Source: an uncultured virus (IMG/VR IMGVR_UViG_3300009128_001768)
Taxonomy: Duplodnaviria > Heunggongvirae > Uroviricota > Caudoviricetes
Strand: one strand, 5' to 3'
Length of the DNA stretch: 64,000 nt
IMG/VR virus record: IMGVR_UViG_3300009128_001768
Span: 1 to 64,000 of that record
Part shown: positions 9,701 through 18,895 of the stretch, piece by piece
Position numbering within the stretch: the stretch's first letter is position 1
Layout: every line of letters starts with the position of its first letter
The notes under the pieces: model-generated
What the model was told of the DNA's origin: nothing
Databases searched by the model: none
The model's input: the letters and a program-made list of their open reading frames with translations, nothing else
Program-made: the position numbers and the translations under genes

Positions 9701-9767
9701 ATATTATAGAAAAATATCTCCCAAGAGCCTCCACAACAAAAGAAAGCTTGTCGTCAACTAACGCCAT
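6732..9767 (-). CDS. Putative baseplate hub protein (gp27/GpD-like), enlarged
   Basis: 1011 aa. C-terminal LSMTTLGCPVIEYGQHLFVDF...YVVSGIGHTISQGKFETKLK matches the terminal pattern of hub/late-control-D proteins. Follows the tape measure, tube-initiator-like and LysM genes. Confidence 0.6.
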   Translation of the reverse strand: MALVDDKLSFVVEALGRYFSIISKEEFISVLAFGGEEDLAEFGTTSFTDNDPLRKLVRLLMNTTEGGVIQYDIVKELGDMLSGDDAADQDIAASLYKFVGEPDSFETMGISGMPASSVSIKEMIGGSILNQVFASPQKSDPNLTATCVFPVRLTPAQRDTGAVALFMNAIPTLEFSRCIPYLDITLITPNKPVSDDGRIQTISLMQFLIGQAKLEEDSVNEYLQSATSMDAISDFVETQDAAMASGDEELLEEVAAGISTAGMELFTAPQTLVPMNETYDDFTVDPEATTDDEVDSGEKLPSYGGTRGAPIIDRTRPFMSINDFNITVTPSKGMMSHKTADLSLTLHDRSRLSEIAEFVKPDLYGRTELMITYGWSHPDDSAASADAGLSGNFFGSFLNALKISEKYGIVNSSFSFDEVGQVKIKLKLSMKGSSAVNTTNISKGEGVDDIMETIRDLTEAISVLRRQILGSSSGASEDVGGSTFLGAASDTSSALTIDEETSKAIAKFLGNNRNPEEGSATDEMVDNLTALFGSDGKSGVVADAKATIAGAVQNKLSIAKRLRGRGLDPFPRTFTGMGGSSTYVYIHGQNKRYISLGALLLYFVGKPLAATHRFDEVQFVFYAFNDKSSYLTGTNISEFPIKFEEFSKKFKEMTETTANIPLGRFISFLNKEFVHNQASAAYGLTKLYETDDEGNQKMKESISEDATALYNEKVKRLEDAYGESADQEFKMPRLTMHIEAVPMRTGIEDGQGRQGTILRIHLFDSQATKYSALGKMMLASRGNSLGMLSSAASQSAREPDPEEETAQADHEAEFIDLLSQALDAGLLEAVPELVGATVDGNGAITSVDPEEFARNYFRLKGGFRALKAFVSKSMPSIIYGSQNSAVISADLSSMNNSKLATVNMQRGGLGGGTTAQGARDAGLPLQTAPTSLSMTTLGCPVIEYGQHLFVDFGTGTSVDNVYVVSGIGHTISQGKFETKLKCTQVDAFGKYISTFQSIEKALTAMTETEES

Positions 9768-9774
9768 CCACCTG

Positions 9775-10074
9775 TCATCCTAGCATGCTATTTATCTGGG
9801 TTATGTCAAGCGGAATTGCCAAATACGTCCCGGGCGGCACCTGTAAATTCCACCCAATCCCACTAGCTGCAGCGATGACCCACCACAACGTTCCATCTCC
9901 GTAATATTTACCTGCTAAAACATCTAAACGCTCTGTTTCTGATGTTGTGTATGAGGTTACTTTTATCTTGTTACGCTGTACCGCTCGATAAATGTGAAGC
10001 CCGGGTGAGAAAGTCCCATAAAATTTTCCTCTCTTTAACTTCGGAGCCCTTCTATATCTTTGCACAGTCATCAT
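9775..10074 (-). CDS. LysM-like baseplate protein (gp53/tail X-like)
   Basis: ETERLDVLAGKYYGDGTLWWVIAAAS...VPPGTYLAIP is the typical LysM/gpX pattern. Confidence 0.82.
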   Translation of the reverse strand: MMTVQRYRRAPKLKRGKFYGTFSPGLHIYRAVQRNKIKVTSYTTSETERLDVLAGKYYGDGTLWWVIAAASGIGWNLQVPPGTYLAIPLDITQINSMLG

Positions 10075-13000
10075 TATTCTCCTTCGTCAATTCTTCCACC
10101 GGCTCGACCAAATGCCTCACGGACAGCAGCTTGGAAACGATCTCGTGTAATTTTTCCAGCATCGACTCCTCCAGTCCGGCGAGCAGCTCCTGAGCCTATA
10201 TCGGAAACAGGTACAGTACCAGCAGAGCCCCGATCGTATTGATCAGTTCCAAACATTCCAGCAATTTCACCAACAGGATAATTTATCGCCCTTGTAAAGC
10301 CGTTGTTGTCTATACCCGGCGGGATATCGTGTATCGGTGCAAATTGGATTGATATCTTCATTGCAGTAGGTGCCCGTCGGCCCATCGATTCCATGTCCCA
10401 CATCGCATCTCCATAATCCATATCGAATGATGTAATAAACCCAGCTAGCCCTCGTCCGCCGGCGGCTTCGAACGAACTTACAATAGCGTTATTTTTCGGA
10501 TCAAAGAAATCGGAAATTTCCTGCATCTGTTCTTCCAGCGTCGTGGGTGTTGGGTTCGGGTCAGCTGGACCAATCGGAATTAGGTCTTCTTGCAAAACAA
10601 AATAAGAATGATAATGACCTTTTGCGCTCACTGGACCGTACGGATCACCAACATCATCCCGGTCTACATACTGGACCGCATATTCGATGTTATGACTACC
10701 TTCCCCCATTGATAATTGCACATCGCTATCCCACTGATCGATGGTACCGTCGCCATCGACGTCCGTTGGGTCGTAATCACCACCACCAATCCACGTACGC
10801 CCCATAATTTCTACCGTTCCATTTGCGGTTGTCCTACTAAGAAATGGAGTTTGCTCAACGTGAGTTGCTCCAACAGGGGTTGGGAGCCCGGGCTTTGCAC
10901 CAGTATCCCATGTCGTGTATCCCCTTGAAGATGCTTTTAATATCGCTATATCTCCAACAGCGAAGCCATGAGCCTCGTCGCTGGGCGCGGAGGGTTCACG
11001 CGAGAATCTCTCATTAAATGCTGCTATCTCAGCATCATGAGCCTCTTGATCGGCCTGAGATACCCGCTCAATCGTTACAACATCAAATGGTGCACCGGAT
11101 GGTGCATCTTGGCGGCCGCCTTCCAAATCAGCAGATTCCGCAATACCGAATAACCGCGCCAAGTTAAACCTTGTGTAATTGCTTCTTATAACATCCCCCA
11201 CTCGTAATCGTATCATGGGGGAAGCAGTGGGAATTTGTGAAAAGGGCATAATAAAATGCTTTTCGCCAGCCTGCACCTGTTTTCCCATCGACCACTGTGG
11301 ATATAGTAATGTGATTAGCTTATTGACGCTCCACCACATCGAATCAAAGTCTTGGGGTGATGTAGACACAATCCAAAAATCAATAGAAATGCTACGCTCA
11401 GTGCTCTGATAAATTTTAACCTTATCAATTCGACCGTAACCGCTGGAATCCTGATAGCTGACAGAGTACGAGTCCTTGATGTTTGACAGGAACCCATGAA
11501 ATCCCACAATTTCGTTTGTACGAAGATCATGAAAATAAAAGGGCATATACTCTATTTCAAATTGGTCCTCTAATTGCGACACCATTTCTTGTGGAAGCCT
11601 ACTAACTTGAGACAACAGCCCCTTTCGCTGTTGCTTATCCCAATGTCTTGTTGTGTCTGCGTTCTGATCCGGAAAACTGTCCCCTGTATCTCCCTTAGTA
11701 TCACCTACCAGAGCCATCAACGTATCAGGTGTCCCAAATCCCATATCAAAGACAGAGAACGCAGACTTTAATTTCGTTGGTAAAAGGAACCGACCGGGAG
11801 CAGAGCGGTGGCGCCATGCCAGCTCTGATTTGTCTCTTGCTATTCTGCTTTTGGCCTGGCGTGTTTGTCCATTATCAGGCATCTGCTCCAGCGGGTTGCC
11901 ACCTCGACCACCTAATGGAAAAGACCTTCTAGCTCTCATTACAGCGATATCGCCAATAACAGCAAGAACCATGATAAACCGAAATGAAGGAAAAGAAAGT
12001 AGACTTGTCACCAATTGATAAGCAACTAAAAGTGGGTTCACATCAAGAGAATCAAGAACGATATCATCTATAGCCATGACAAATCGAACGATATCACGAT
12101 TAAGAACCCTGAATAAGTTTGCGAAATTACCAGAAGTCAAAACTACATTCTCGGCAATCTGGTCTATATTCGAACCCAGGCTCTCCCACCATAAAATAAT
12201 GCCAGGCCAACCTGCGGTCGCGACCCTGGGGTCAGGAGGATCGACAGCATTTCCTAGCCCCAAAAACTCTATGATACCCATAATAACACATAAGGTAAAA
12301 TCGTGTTTAAGCGCAGGGATGCCAATCATCCGCATTATTCGTGTTCTTTGAGATTCAATTCGGTGAGAGCCCATCCGCATCGCTGATGGAATTGTGGGAA
12401 CAGGGCTTCCGCCGCCAGTGTCTAGTAACAGCATCACTGCGGCGATTGCGGCCGCACCCAGAATTACTCCAGTCATGCCGCTAAGAGCGACAGCAAGCAT
12501 AGCGGTGCGGTTTTTACCAGTGAAAGGCTCCAAATGTGAATTTAGAGCGCCAAAGCTCTTTGACGCTAGAAGAGGATTACCCATCTCATCGTAAAGTAAC
12601 TCAGCATCCAGCGACGGTTTATCGGGCGCACCGTAAGCGTTGGCAGCCCTCAAAAAGTCCATCGTTATTTTTGTATGACCAGACTGTTCACCGGTCGGAA
12701 GTAGCGATGCAATGACTTGCAGAGCGCTATCTGGATCTGCGTCATCTTCTTTTGCGTGACCTGTTTGACGTAGCAACAACGACGCAGCGACCTTTCGGAG
12801 TTCGCTAAATAAAATTTCATCACCCTCGTTAGCGTGTACTCCGAACTCAGGTTGCTCTATCGCAGTTGCGTGAGTGAACTGTCCATCTTCGATATAGGGA
12901 GATTCACCATCTGGATTAAACCGATTATGGCTAGTGAGGATCGCGGATATTTTTTTCTGCTGGACCGGTGCGTACGTCGGTATCTCTATTCGCTTTTCAC

Positions 13001-13472
13001 CGTATTGATTTCCAACACCCGGTTCAAATGGTGGTCTTGTCCCCTGGATATCAGACAGTACTGCATGTCCGTCAAGTTGGTTGTTTTTATCCATGAACGA
13101 TGACAAGGGTTGCGCGGTGGGACTTGCTTCATCAAACTTCCCAGAATTGCTCAGCATATCGAAAGATGTTCTTGCAGCAGATGCTTGCTCGCTATTACCT
13201 CCGAGCGTATCGGTATATCCTGCCGTCGCAGCATCTTGACCACCCATCTCGATAGATGCAGGTGAGCCATCAGCGTTCAAATATGACGTCTCAATGTACG
13301 TGGAATCCTCTACCGGATACGCATTACGAGTTCGTGCGTTCGTCGTCAGCGAGCTCATATAAGAGGCAAGAGTGTTCCTTGACGACTCCTTTAAGTCATC
13401 GCCCTCCTGAACAACACCGCTTCCTCCCGTACCAGCTGGAGCGAAGTCAACATCTGTAACGTCATCAGCCAC
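10074..13472 (-). CDS. Large baseplate/tube-initiator-like protein with hydrophobic segments
   Basis: 1132 aa. PFYFHDLR...FHGFLSNIKDSYSVSY...GYGRIDKVKIYQSTERSISIDF...LYPQW...SPMIRLRVGD resembles tube-initiator domains. Directly downstream of the tape measure. Confidence 0.55.
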   Translation of the reverse strand: MADDVTDVDFAPAGTGGSGVVQEGDDLKESSRNTLASYMSSLTTNARTRNAYPVEDSTYIETSYLNADGSPASIEMGGQDAATAGYTDTLGGNSEQASAARTSFDMLSNSGKFDEASPTAQPLSSFMDKNNQLDGHAVLSDIQGTRPPFEPGVGNQYGEKRIEIPTYAPVQQKKISAILTSHNRFNPDGESPYIEDGQFTHATAIEQPEFGVHANEGDEILFSELRKVAASLLLRQTGHAKEDDADPDSALQVIASLLPTGEQSGHTKITMDFLRAANAYGAPDKPSLDAELLYDEMGNPLLASKSFGALNSHLEPFTGKNRTAMLAVALSGMTGVILGAAAIAAVMLLLDTGGGSPVPTIPSAMRMGSHRIESQRTRIMRMIGIPALKHDFTLCVIMGIIEFLGLGNAVDPPDPRVATAGWPGIILWWESLGSNIDQIAENVVLTSGNFANLFRVLNRDIVRFVMAIDDIVLDSLDVNPLLVAYQLVTSLLSFPSFRFIMVLAVIGDIAVMRARRSFPLGGRGGNPLEQMPDNGQTRQAKSRIARDKSELAWRHRSAPGRFLLPTKLKSAFSVFDMGFGTPDTLMALVGDTKGDTGDSFPDQNADTTRHWDKQQRKGLLSQVSRLPQEMVSQLEDQFEIEYMPFYFHDLRTNEIVGFHGFLSNIKDSYSVSYQDSSGYGRIDKVKIYQSTERSISIDFWIVSTSPQDFDSMWWSVNKLITLLYPQWSMGKQVQAGEKHFIMPFSQIPTASPMIRLRVGDVIRSNYTRFNLARLFGIAESADLEGGRQDAPSGAPFDVVTIERVSQADQEAHDAEIAAFNERFSREPSAPSDEAHGFAVGDIAILKASSRGYTTWDTGAKPGLPTPVGATHVEQTPFLSRTTANGTVEIMGRTWIGGGDYDPTDVDGDGTIDQWDSDVQLSMGEGSHNIEYAVQYVDRDDVGDPYGPVSAKGHYHSYFVLQEDLIPIGPADPNPTPTTLEEQMQEISDFFDPKNNAIVSSFEAAGGRGLAGFITSFDMDYGDAMWDMESMGRRAPTAMKISIQFAPIHDIPPGIDNNGFTRAINYPVGEIAGMFGTDQYDRGSAGTVPVSDIGSGAARRTGGVDAGKITRDRFQAAVREAFGRAGGRIDEGE

Positions 13473-13647
13473 TATTCTTAAGTACCTCTTCTAGAGCTTT
13501 TTGCACAGCTTCGGGATGCTGTTTTAATTCTTCTATTATCTCCATGATTCTTTCGACACTTGCCATCATCTCATCACTGTGCTTCATACAGCTTTGCAAA
13601 TATTCCAAATCTTCAGGACTGAAACCGACACTTTCTTCTTTACTCAT
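13465..13647 (-). CDS. Small hypothetical protein
   Basis: 60 aa helical ORF overlapping both neighbours (translational coupling), with a GGAG SD. Confidence 0.6.
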   Translation of the reverse strand: MSKEESVGFSPEDLEYLQSCMKHSDEMMASVERIMEIIEELKQHPEAVQKALEEVLKNSG

Positions 13648-16600
13648 TATGCTGCTCCTCCTGCTGTGGCGAGGGCCGTTGTCATAACTGACTTGTCGAC
13701 GAGTACCGCGCCCACCTTATTCGCATCCATAGTGACGCTCAAGTTAATCGTAATATTAACTGGCTTATTTTCAACTGCTATGCTCTCAGTAACACCAAAA
13801 GCGTCTGCAATCTGCTGGAGATTCGCGGCGATGTTGACTTCCGGTAAAGTGGCCATGACATCATTGATTTTAACCATGTCATCCACCATAGACTTGATCA
13901 CCGCGACGGCAGGTGTCTCCGCTTCACCCCCTCCAAAAAGGCCAGCGATGGCAGCGCCCGCCTTACCCATGAGTCCAGGGCTTTGTCCTTCAGCGAACTC
14001 TGCAAATTTTCCTAATACATTCGCTAACGCCTCAGTGGCTGTAAACATCGTCTCTAGTTTCGCAACCTGCTCCTGCATCTGCTCGGCACCTACTAGCGCG
14101 TTCAAGTCCGCGACGACTCCAGGCATCACACCTGTAATTGCTGTAAGCGCGCCGGCCATACCTCCAAAAAGCTCATCAATCTGCGGGCCGTTTATACCCT
14201 CAAGGGAGGCCTCCATGATCTCTTGAACCTTGGCCAACGCATTCATCATTGGACCAAGGGCCTCAAACATGATCTTCATCGCTTCTGCTTTCTCTCCAAA
14301 GCCCGAAGGAATGCCCTCACCAGCCTTAACAAGCCCACCGATTATCATTGGTAATTTCTCGGCCAACATATCCATAATGTCACCGAGACCACTGATTACA
14401 ACAGCCATATTACTCGCTACGCTGGGGTTGAAAAACCCTGTCATTGATTGCACCACTTTCAGCGGTTCCGCCATGGCTGCGGCGAAACTAGCAACCGCTT
14501 CGACGACTGACGCTACAACCGACGCTTTCTCAAGTTGCGACTTGCTGAAACCCATCGCCATCTTGACAAGGGTTTCGACGGTGGAGACCAAAGTATCCTT
14601 GATCTTATCTAAGAAGCCACCCATCGCCTCGAACACCTCTGACATCGATGGTCCACCCATCAATTCAGAAGCAACGCCTAATTTCGCGGCGTCGATGGCA
14701 AGACCACCCAGCGCTTGAAGAGCCTTCGCGATGTGACCGACTACCTCTAGTCTTTTTGCAAGGTCCTCGGGGTCTTTCATAGGAATTCCCTCTGCGGCTG
14801 TAATCATCGATGCCACTGATTCAGCGGCGCTGACAAAGAACTTGCCCATTGCCCTTAAGCCAATCCCCAAGATCGGAAGAATGGGAGATAGAGCCGTAAA
14901 TACGACAGCCAAGGGTATCAACATTTTCATGGCTAGAATCACGTTGATCATGGTGTCTATCATTGCTTGTATTGCTGGGGAGCTGATTGTCGCACCTGCC
15001 ATTTTTTCTGCTTGCGCGAGTGCTGTCACGAAAATTGTAACACCAGCGGTAAAAAAGGCCGCTGCGGCTATCAAGCCGACTGTCATGATAGGGAGCAAGG
15101 GCATTATTACGGCGAAAGCTATACCAGCAACGGAGAGCGCAACAAGAGCCAGGAGCGCAATTCCTATCGATGCAAATATCTCAGCAGTCGTCGAAATATC
15201 AGGCAGGGGAATCTTTGAAACAAGGAATAACGCACCAGCGAAGATGGCAACGCCCACAGTTAGAAATGCCGCGGCGGCTAACAGCCCGACCACCATCGCC
15301 GGGAACATTGCAGCGATTGCAAGACCAGCTAACGCAGTCGCAGCAAGGGCAATAGTGGCGACAATAGCCAGACCGAGCATAGCGAACACCTTAACAATTT
15401 CCTTGAAGGGCAATGGCGCTAATATCGCGTGAACGACGCGTAATGCAACGGCGAAGATCACCATACTAACCGACATCGCTAAACCAGCTAGAGCCATAAA
15501 CGCTAGACCTGGGATTGTTACTGGTGGTGCCAACAAAAGACCGAGTTTAGAGATAACAAATACCGCTAAAACTGCCAAACCCATAATGGCCATTATCTTT
15601 GCAATTTCTTTAAATGGGATTCCGCCTATCAACGCGTGGACAGCCCACAGGGCCGCGGCGAACGGAATCATCCCGAGCCCTATTGCAACGGCAGCTAAAG
15701 CCATATTGACAGCAGAAGATAACATCGTTCCGGGGTCTAAGAATTTTGCGGCTATCATTACCAGAGCAAGGAATGGAATCATTACAGCCATTGTTACCAT
15801 CAGCTTACCGAGGCTAGACCACGATACCATTCCAATAATCCCGGCGGCTATGGCAATGGCAATTGAAAATGCAATAACAGCGGGAATGAATGAAGCAACA
15901 AGCACAGCTAATTTCCAGCCCGCCTTCATCATATCGCCCTCTTCCAATTGATTGATCTGTTCGATCGCGGACTTCAGGCCTGCGCCGACGCTCTCGCCCA
16001 TCTGTTCCATTTGTCTTGGATCGGGCATCTGTTGTTCGGTCTGCTCAGCGACATCTCCCACCATTGACAAGATCCAGTCAGTCAGCTTCTTCACGGCAAC
16101 CGCACCGACAGCTGCTCCGATTGCATTCATTGCACCCAGAACTATCATCTTTCCGAAAACCCACGCCATCATTACAGCGCCGACTGCGGCTAACTTGCCC
16201 TTATTCTCCCATAAGACAGCCCCTATCAGCTCAACTAACGCCCCTATCATATCTCCGACTGCTGACATCAGCGCAGGAACGATCTGGCTCATGGCCTGGG
16301 ACATCGCACCGCCGATCCCGTCCTTCGCGGCGTCCCTAACAGCATCGGGATTCCTTACTACGTCTATTATTCCATGAATCATGGCGACAAACTTGTCGGC
16401 TACCCACGGAATCATCTTCGCGATCTGCTCACCGAGGAATATAATCCCCTGCTCGATCATCTTGCTTAGTTTTCCCAGGGGGCCTGATTTTGCTGCGAAG
16501 AAATTCTTAAATAAATCAGTGAGCTCTTGAGCCATTTGTTGAGGGCTATAGTCCCCCTTACCAGTAATGGAATCCTTAAATTTCTTGAATATCCCTAAGA

Positions 16601-18305
16601 CTCCACCCGTTCCGCCTATACCGAGAAGATTCTTAATGTCGTCAATATTGAAAAGATCTTTGATGGCAGAAAAAACGCCCATATCGCCGAGAAGATTTGC
16701 GAACATCTGACCTAGCTCTCGACCAAAGTCAAAGACCACCTGCATGGCTTCTCTAATCTGCTTCAAGAGGTCTCTGAATTCCTTGTTGTCACTCAGACCC
16801 TTGGAAAAACCTTGAGCCAATGCATCGAATACGCCCGTGAACTGCCGACCGGAGTTGAATACTCGGTCTAGCGTATCAGCGAGTTTATTCATGACCTCCG
16901 TCTGGGAAAGTTGCTTCTCCTCTGCTTCATCTGCTCCGGCGGCGATGTCCTCATAAGAAGTGCCCATATTCTCTTGTGAAAATGCAGTGGCAAGAGCCTC
17001 TTCGCTAAGACCGGTTTGCTCTGCGAGCAGCGCACGTTCTTGACGCGTCATGTCTTCGACAGACTTGCCTGCCTCATGGAAGGCATTCTTCATCATATCG
17101 ATGCGCTCAGCAGGATTTTCGGCGTTCATCATCGCCATGGTATCCAGCTGAATTCCAAATGCTTGATTCAGTTGAGACACGGAATCCGCTGCGCCCTCGA
17201 AATCGTCAAATTGACCAATAACGCCTTGGAGACCCTTAACATCAATTCCGAGCTTACGTGCGTACACTGAGGCGGCAGCCATTTCCTTAGTCGACAGCGT
17301 TCCGAAGTTCTTGAAATCAGCGGCCATCTCACCCATGTCTCTCGATATGAGCTTTGAAGAAACGCCAAATTTGTCGCCTAACTGGATGGAGTAATTTCCG
17401 ACATCTTGTAAAGTATTTGTTAGACTCTTACCAGAGGAAATTGCTCTAGTTGCAAATCCAGACATCGCGTCGTCGGACAGACCCATTCCTTTTTTGAACG
17501 CTAGAATTTCCCCAGCAGAATTCGCAAATTCCTCCGAAAGCATTCCGAACTTCGAGCCCAACGCGCTAGCGATACCTTGAAGATCTTTCATCGCCGCGGC
17601 GACGCCGCCGGGGCCGACACCGTATACTTTACCAAGACTTACACCTGTGCCCCCCAGGTCGCTAGCGCTCGACTGGAGATCCCTCATCCCTGACATGAGG
17701 GCCTTACCCTCATTCGAGTGAAGATTTCCAAACTCTTTTCTAACTTCTTCGACGGCTTCGCCTAGTACATTTGTGGCAGATGCCAAATTATTGGCCATGC
17801 CAAGCAAGCCACTAAACATCTGAAACGGAATAGCGATAATAGCTTTGCCGATATTAAAGATACCATTGATAGCGGTGCCTATCGCACCTCCCATCATCTT
17901 GATATCAGCTATCGCACTTTTAAAGCCCTTTGCAGCGCCCACGGCAAAGCCAGCCAAGGCCACATTCGTTTCCTTGATTTTCCCTACCAGCTCACCGAAT
18001 GATTTTACTGACGTCTCTGCTTTTTTATTTGTGTCATCGAGAGCGTCATTCACTTCACCGATTCGATCGGTGACATCACCGGCCTCTTGTGCAGCCCCCG
18101 CCAGGCCTGCCTGGACCTCTTTCATGCGTTGCTGGATGTCGTCCAGGCCCTTACACTCCAGGGCCTTACAAAGCTGAACAGCAGTGTCTACCTGCGATGA
18201 TAAATACTTCTGCTGTTTCTCCAGAATCTTCTGTCGATCTTGCAGGACTTTATTGATACCCTGCTGGATCTGTAATTGATTCTGAAGTTCTTTGGAGTCA
18301 GCCAC
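13647..18305 (-). CDS. Tail tape measure protein
   Basis: 1552 aa, Ala/Gly-rich and helical, with a long hydrophobic central region. Located downstream of tube and chaperone genes and upstream of baseplate genes. Confidence 0.85.
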   Translation of the reverse strand: MADSKELQNQLQIQQGINKVLQDRQKILEKQQKYLSSQVDTAVQLCKALECKGLDDIQQRMKEVQAGLAGAAQEAGDVTDRIGEVNDALDDTNKKAETSVKSFGELVGKIKETNVALAGFAVGAAKGFKSAIADIKMMGGAIGTAINGIFNIGKAIIAIPFQMFSGLLGMANNLASATNVLGEAVEEVRKEFGNLHSNEGKALMSGMRDLQSSASDLGGTGVSLGKVYGVGPGGVAAAMKDLQGIASALGSKFGMLSEEFANSAGEILAFKKGMGLSDDAMSGFATRAISSGKSLTNTLQDVGNYSIQLGDKFGVSSKLISRDMGEMAADFKNFGTLSTKEMAAASVYARKLGIDVKGLQGVIGQFDDFEGAADSVSQLNQAFGIQLDTMAMMNAENPAERIDMMKNAFHEAGKSVEDMTRQERALLAEQTGLSEEALATAFSQENMGTSYEDIAAGADEAEEKQLSQTEVMNKLADTLDRVFNSGRQFTGVFDALAQGFSKGLSDNKEFRDLLKQIREAMQVVFDFGRELGQMFANLLGDMGVFSAIKDLFNIDDIKNLLGIGGTGGVLGIFKKFKDSITGKGDYSPQQMAQELTDLFKNFFAAKSGPLGKLSKMIEQGIIFLGEQIAKMIPWVADKFVAMIHGIIDVVRNPDAVRDAAKDGIGGAMSQAMSQIVPALMSAVGDMIGALVELIGAVLWENKGKLAAVGAVMMAWVFGKMIVLGAMNAIGAAVGAVAVKKLTDWILSMVGDVAEQTEQQMPDPRQMEQMGESVGAGLKSAIEQINQLEEGDMMKAGWKLAVLVASFIPAVIAFSIAIAIAAGIIGMVSWSSLGKLMVTMAVMIPFLALVMIAAKFLDPGTMLSSAVNMALAAVAIGLGMIPFAAALWAVHALIGGIPFKEIAKIMAIMGLAVLAVFVISKLGLLLAPPVTIPGLAFMALAGLAMSVSMVIFAVALRVVHAILAPLPFKEIVKVFAMLGLAIVATIALAATALAGLAIAAMFPAMVVGLLAAAAFLTVGVAIFAGALFLVSKIPLPDISTTAEIFASIGIALLALVALSVAGIAFAVIMPLLPIMTVGLIAAAAFFTAGVTIFVTALAQAEKMAGATISSPAIQAMIDTMINVILAMKMLIPLAVVFTALSPILPILGIGLRAMGKFFVSAAESVASMITAAEGIPMKDPEDLAKRLEVVGHIAKALQALGGLAIDAAKLGVASELMGGPSMSEVFEAMGGFLDKIKDTLVSTVETLVKMAMGFSKSQLEKASVVASVVEAVASFAAAMAEPLKVVQSMTGFFNPSVASNMAVVISGLGDIMDMLAEKLPMIIGGLVKAGEGIPSGFGEKAEAMKIMFEALGPMMNALAKVQEIMEASLEGINGPQIDELFGGMAGALTAITGVMPGVVADLNALVGAEQMQEQVAKLETMFTATEALANVLGKFAEFAEGQSPGLMGKAGAAIAGLFGGGEAETPAVAVIKSMVDDMVKINDVMATLPEVNIAANLQQIADAFGVTESIAVENKPVNITINLSVTMDANKVGAVLVDKSVMTTALATAGGAA

Positions 18306-18330
18306 GCTTTTTTACCGCCTCTTTCTCATA

Positions 18331-18337
18331 TAAATAT
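18331..18337 (-). promoter_or_regulatory. ATANTTA motif (candidate late promoter) before tape measure
   Basis: ATATTTA 25 nt upstream of the GTG start. Confidence 0.6.
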
Positions 18338-18366
18338 GGCAGTTCGAAATCTGCGCTAGCTATCGA

Positions 18367-18633
18367 TTAAAAGGGCCACGAAAAGCCAGTGGCTTGTTTC
18401 AACTTCCTTGAAGCGGTTCTTTTCTTCGTAAGAGCAGTGAGCACTTTAGAAACATGCGGTTCTTTTTCATTTAGGCACTGAAATAAACCGCGGGACTCTC
18501 TAAGGGTATCTGCGAACAGCAGCACATCCTTCTTCTTTCCGTGGAGTCGAATTTCTTCTACTTCACCGCGAATATATCTAGCACAATCACACAAAAATTC
18601 TTTTCTATCGTTTTGCATCTGGCACCTCAACAT
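18367..18633 (-). CDS. Hypothetical protein
   Basis: 88 aa ORF filling the gap between the chaperone and tape measure genes. Preceded by ATAATTA. Confidence 0.6.
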   Translation of the reverse strand: MLRCQMQNDRKEFLCDCARYIRGEVEEIRLHGKKKDVLLFADTLRESRGLFQCLNEKEPHVSKVLTALTKKRTASRKLKQATGFSWPF

Positions 18634-18637
18634 TTAA

Positions 18638-18895
18638 TTATGTGAATCTACGTAATTTTGACGGGACTTGTGCACGATGTTTGCCCATTAATGCCCTGGC
18701 ATCAGCGGAATTTGCATGTGCTGCCCTGGAATCACCATTGGCTTTCTTAAGCTCTTTGTTCAAGCGTTGGATAAACCATATGCGCTGCCATATGGGGATG
18801 TTGTACACCTCTACGTACGAAAACCCCATATAATACATCAGGGCAAAGATGTGCTCTAGAAAGGCCTCTTTGTGGTCACTCGTCAGGCCAAAAAA
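18638..18895 (-). CDS. Second tail-assembly chaperone ORF (gp51/gpT-like), probably expressed as a frameshift extension
   Basis: The frame of the annotated 66-aa ORF (18638-18838) stays open upstream to the T7 run at 18890-18896 (FFGLTSDHKEAFLEHIFALMYYMG...). There is no SD before ATG 18838. Confidence 0.65.
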   Translation of the reverse strand, partial: FFGLTSDHKEAFLEHIFALMYYMGFSYVEVYNIPIWQRIWFIQRLNKELKKANGDSRAAHANSADARALMGKHRAQVPSKLRRFT

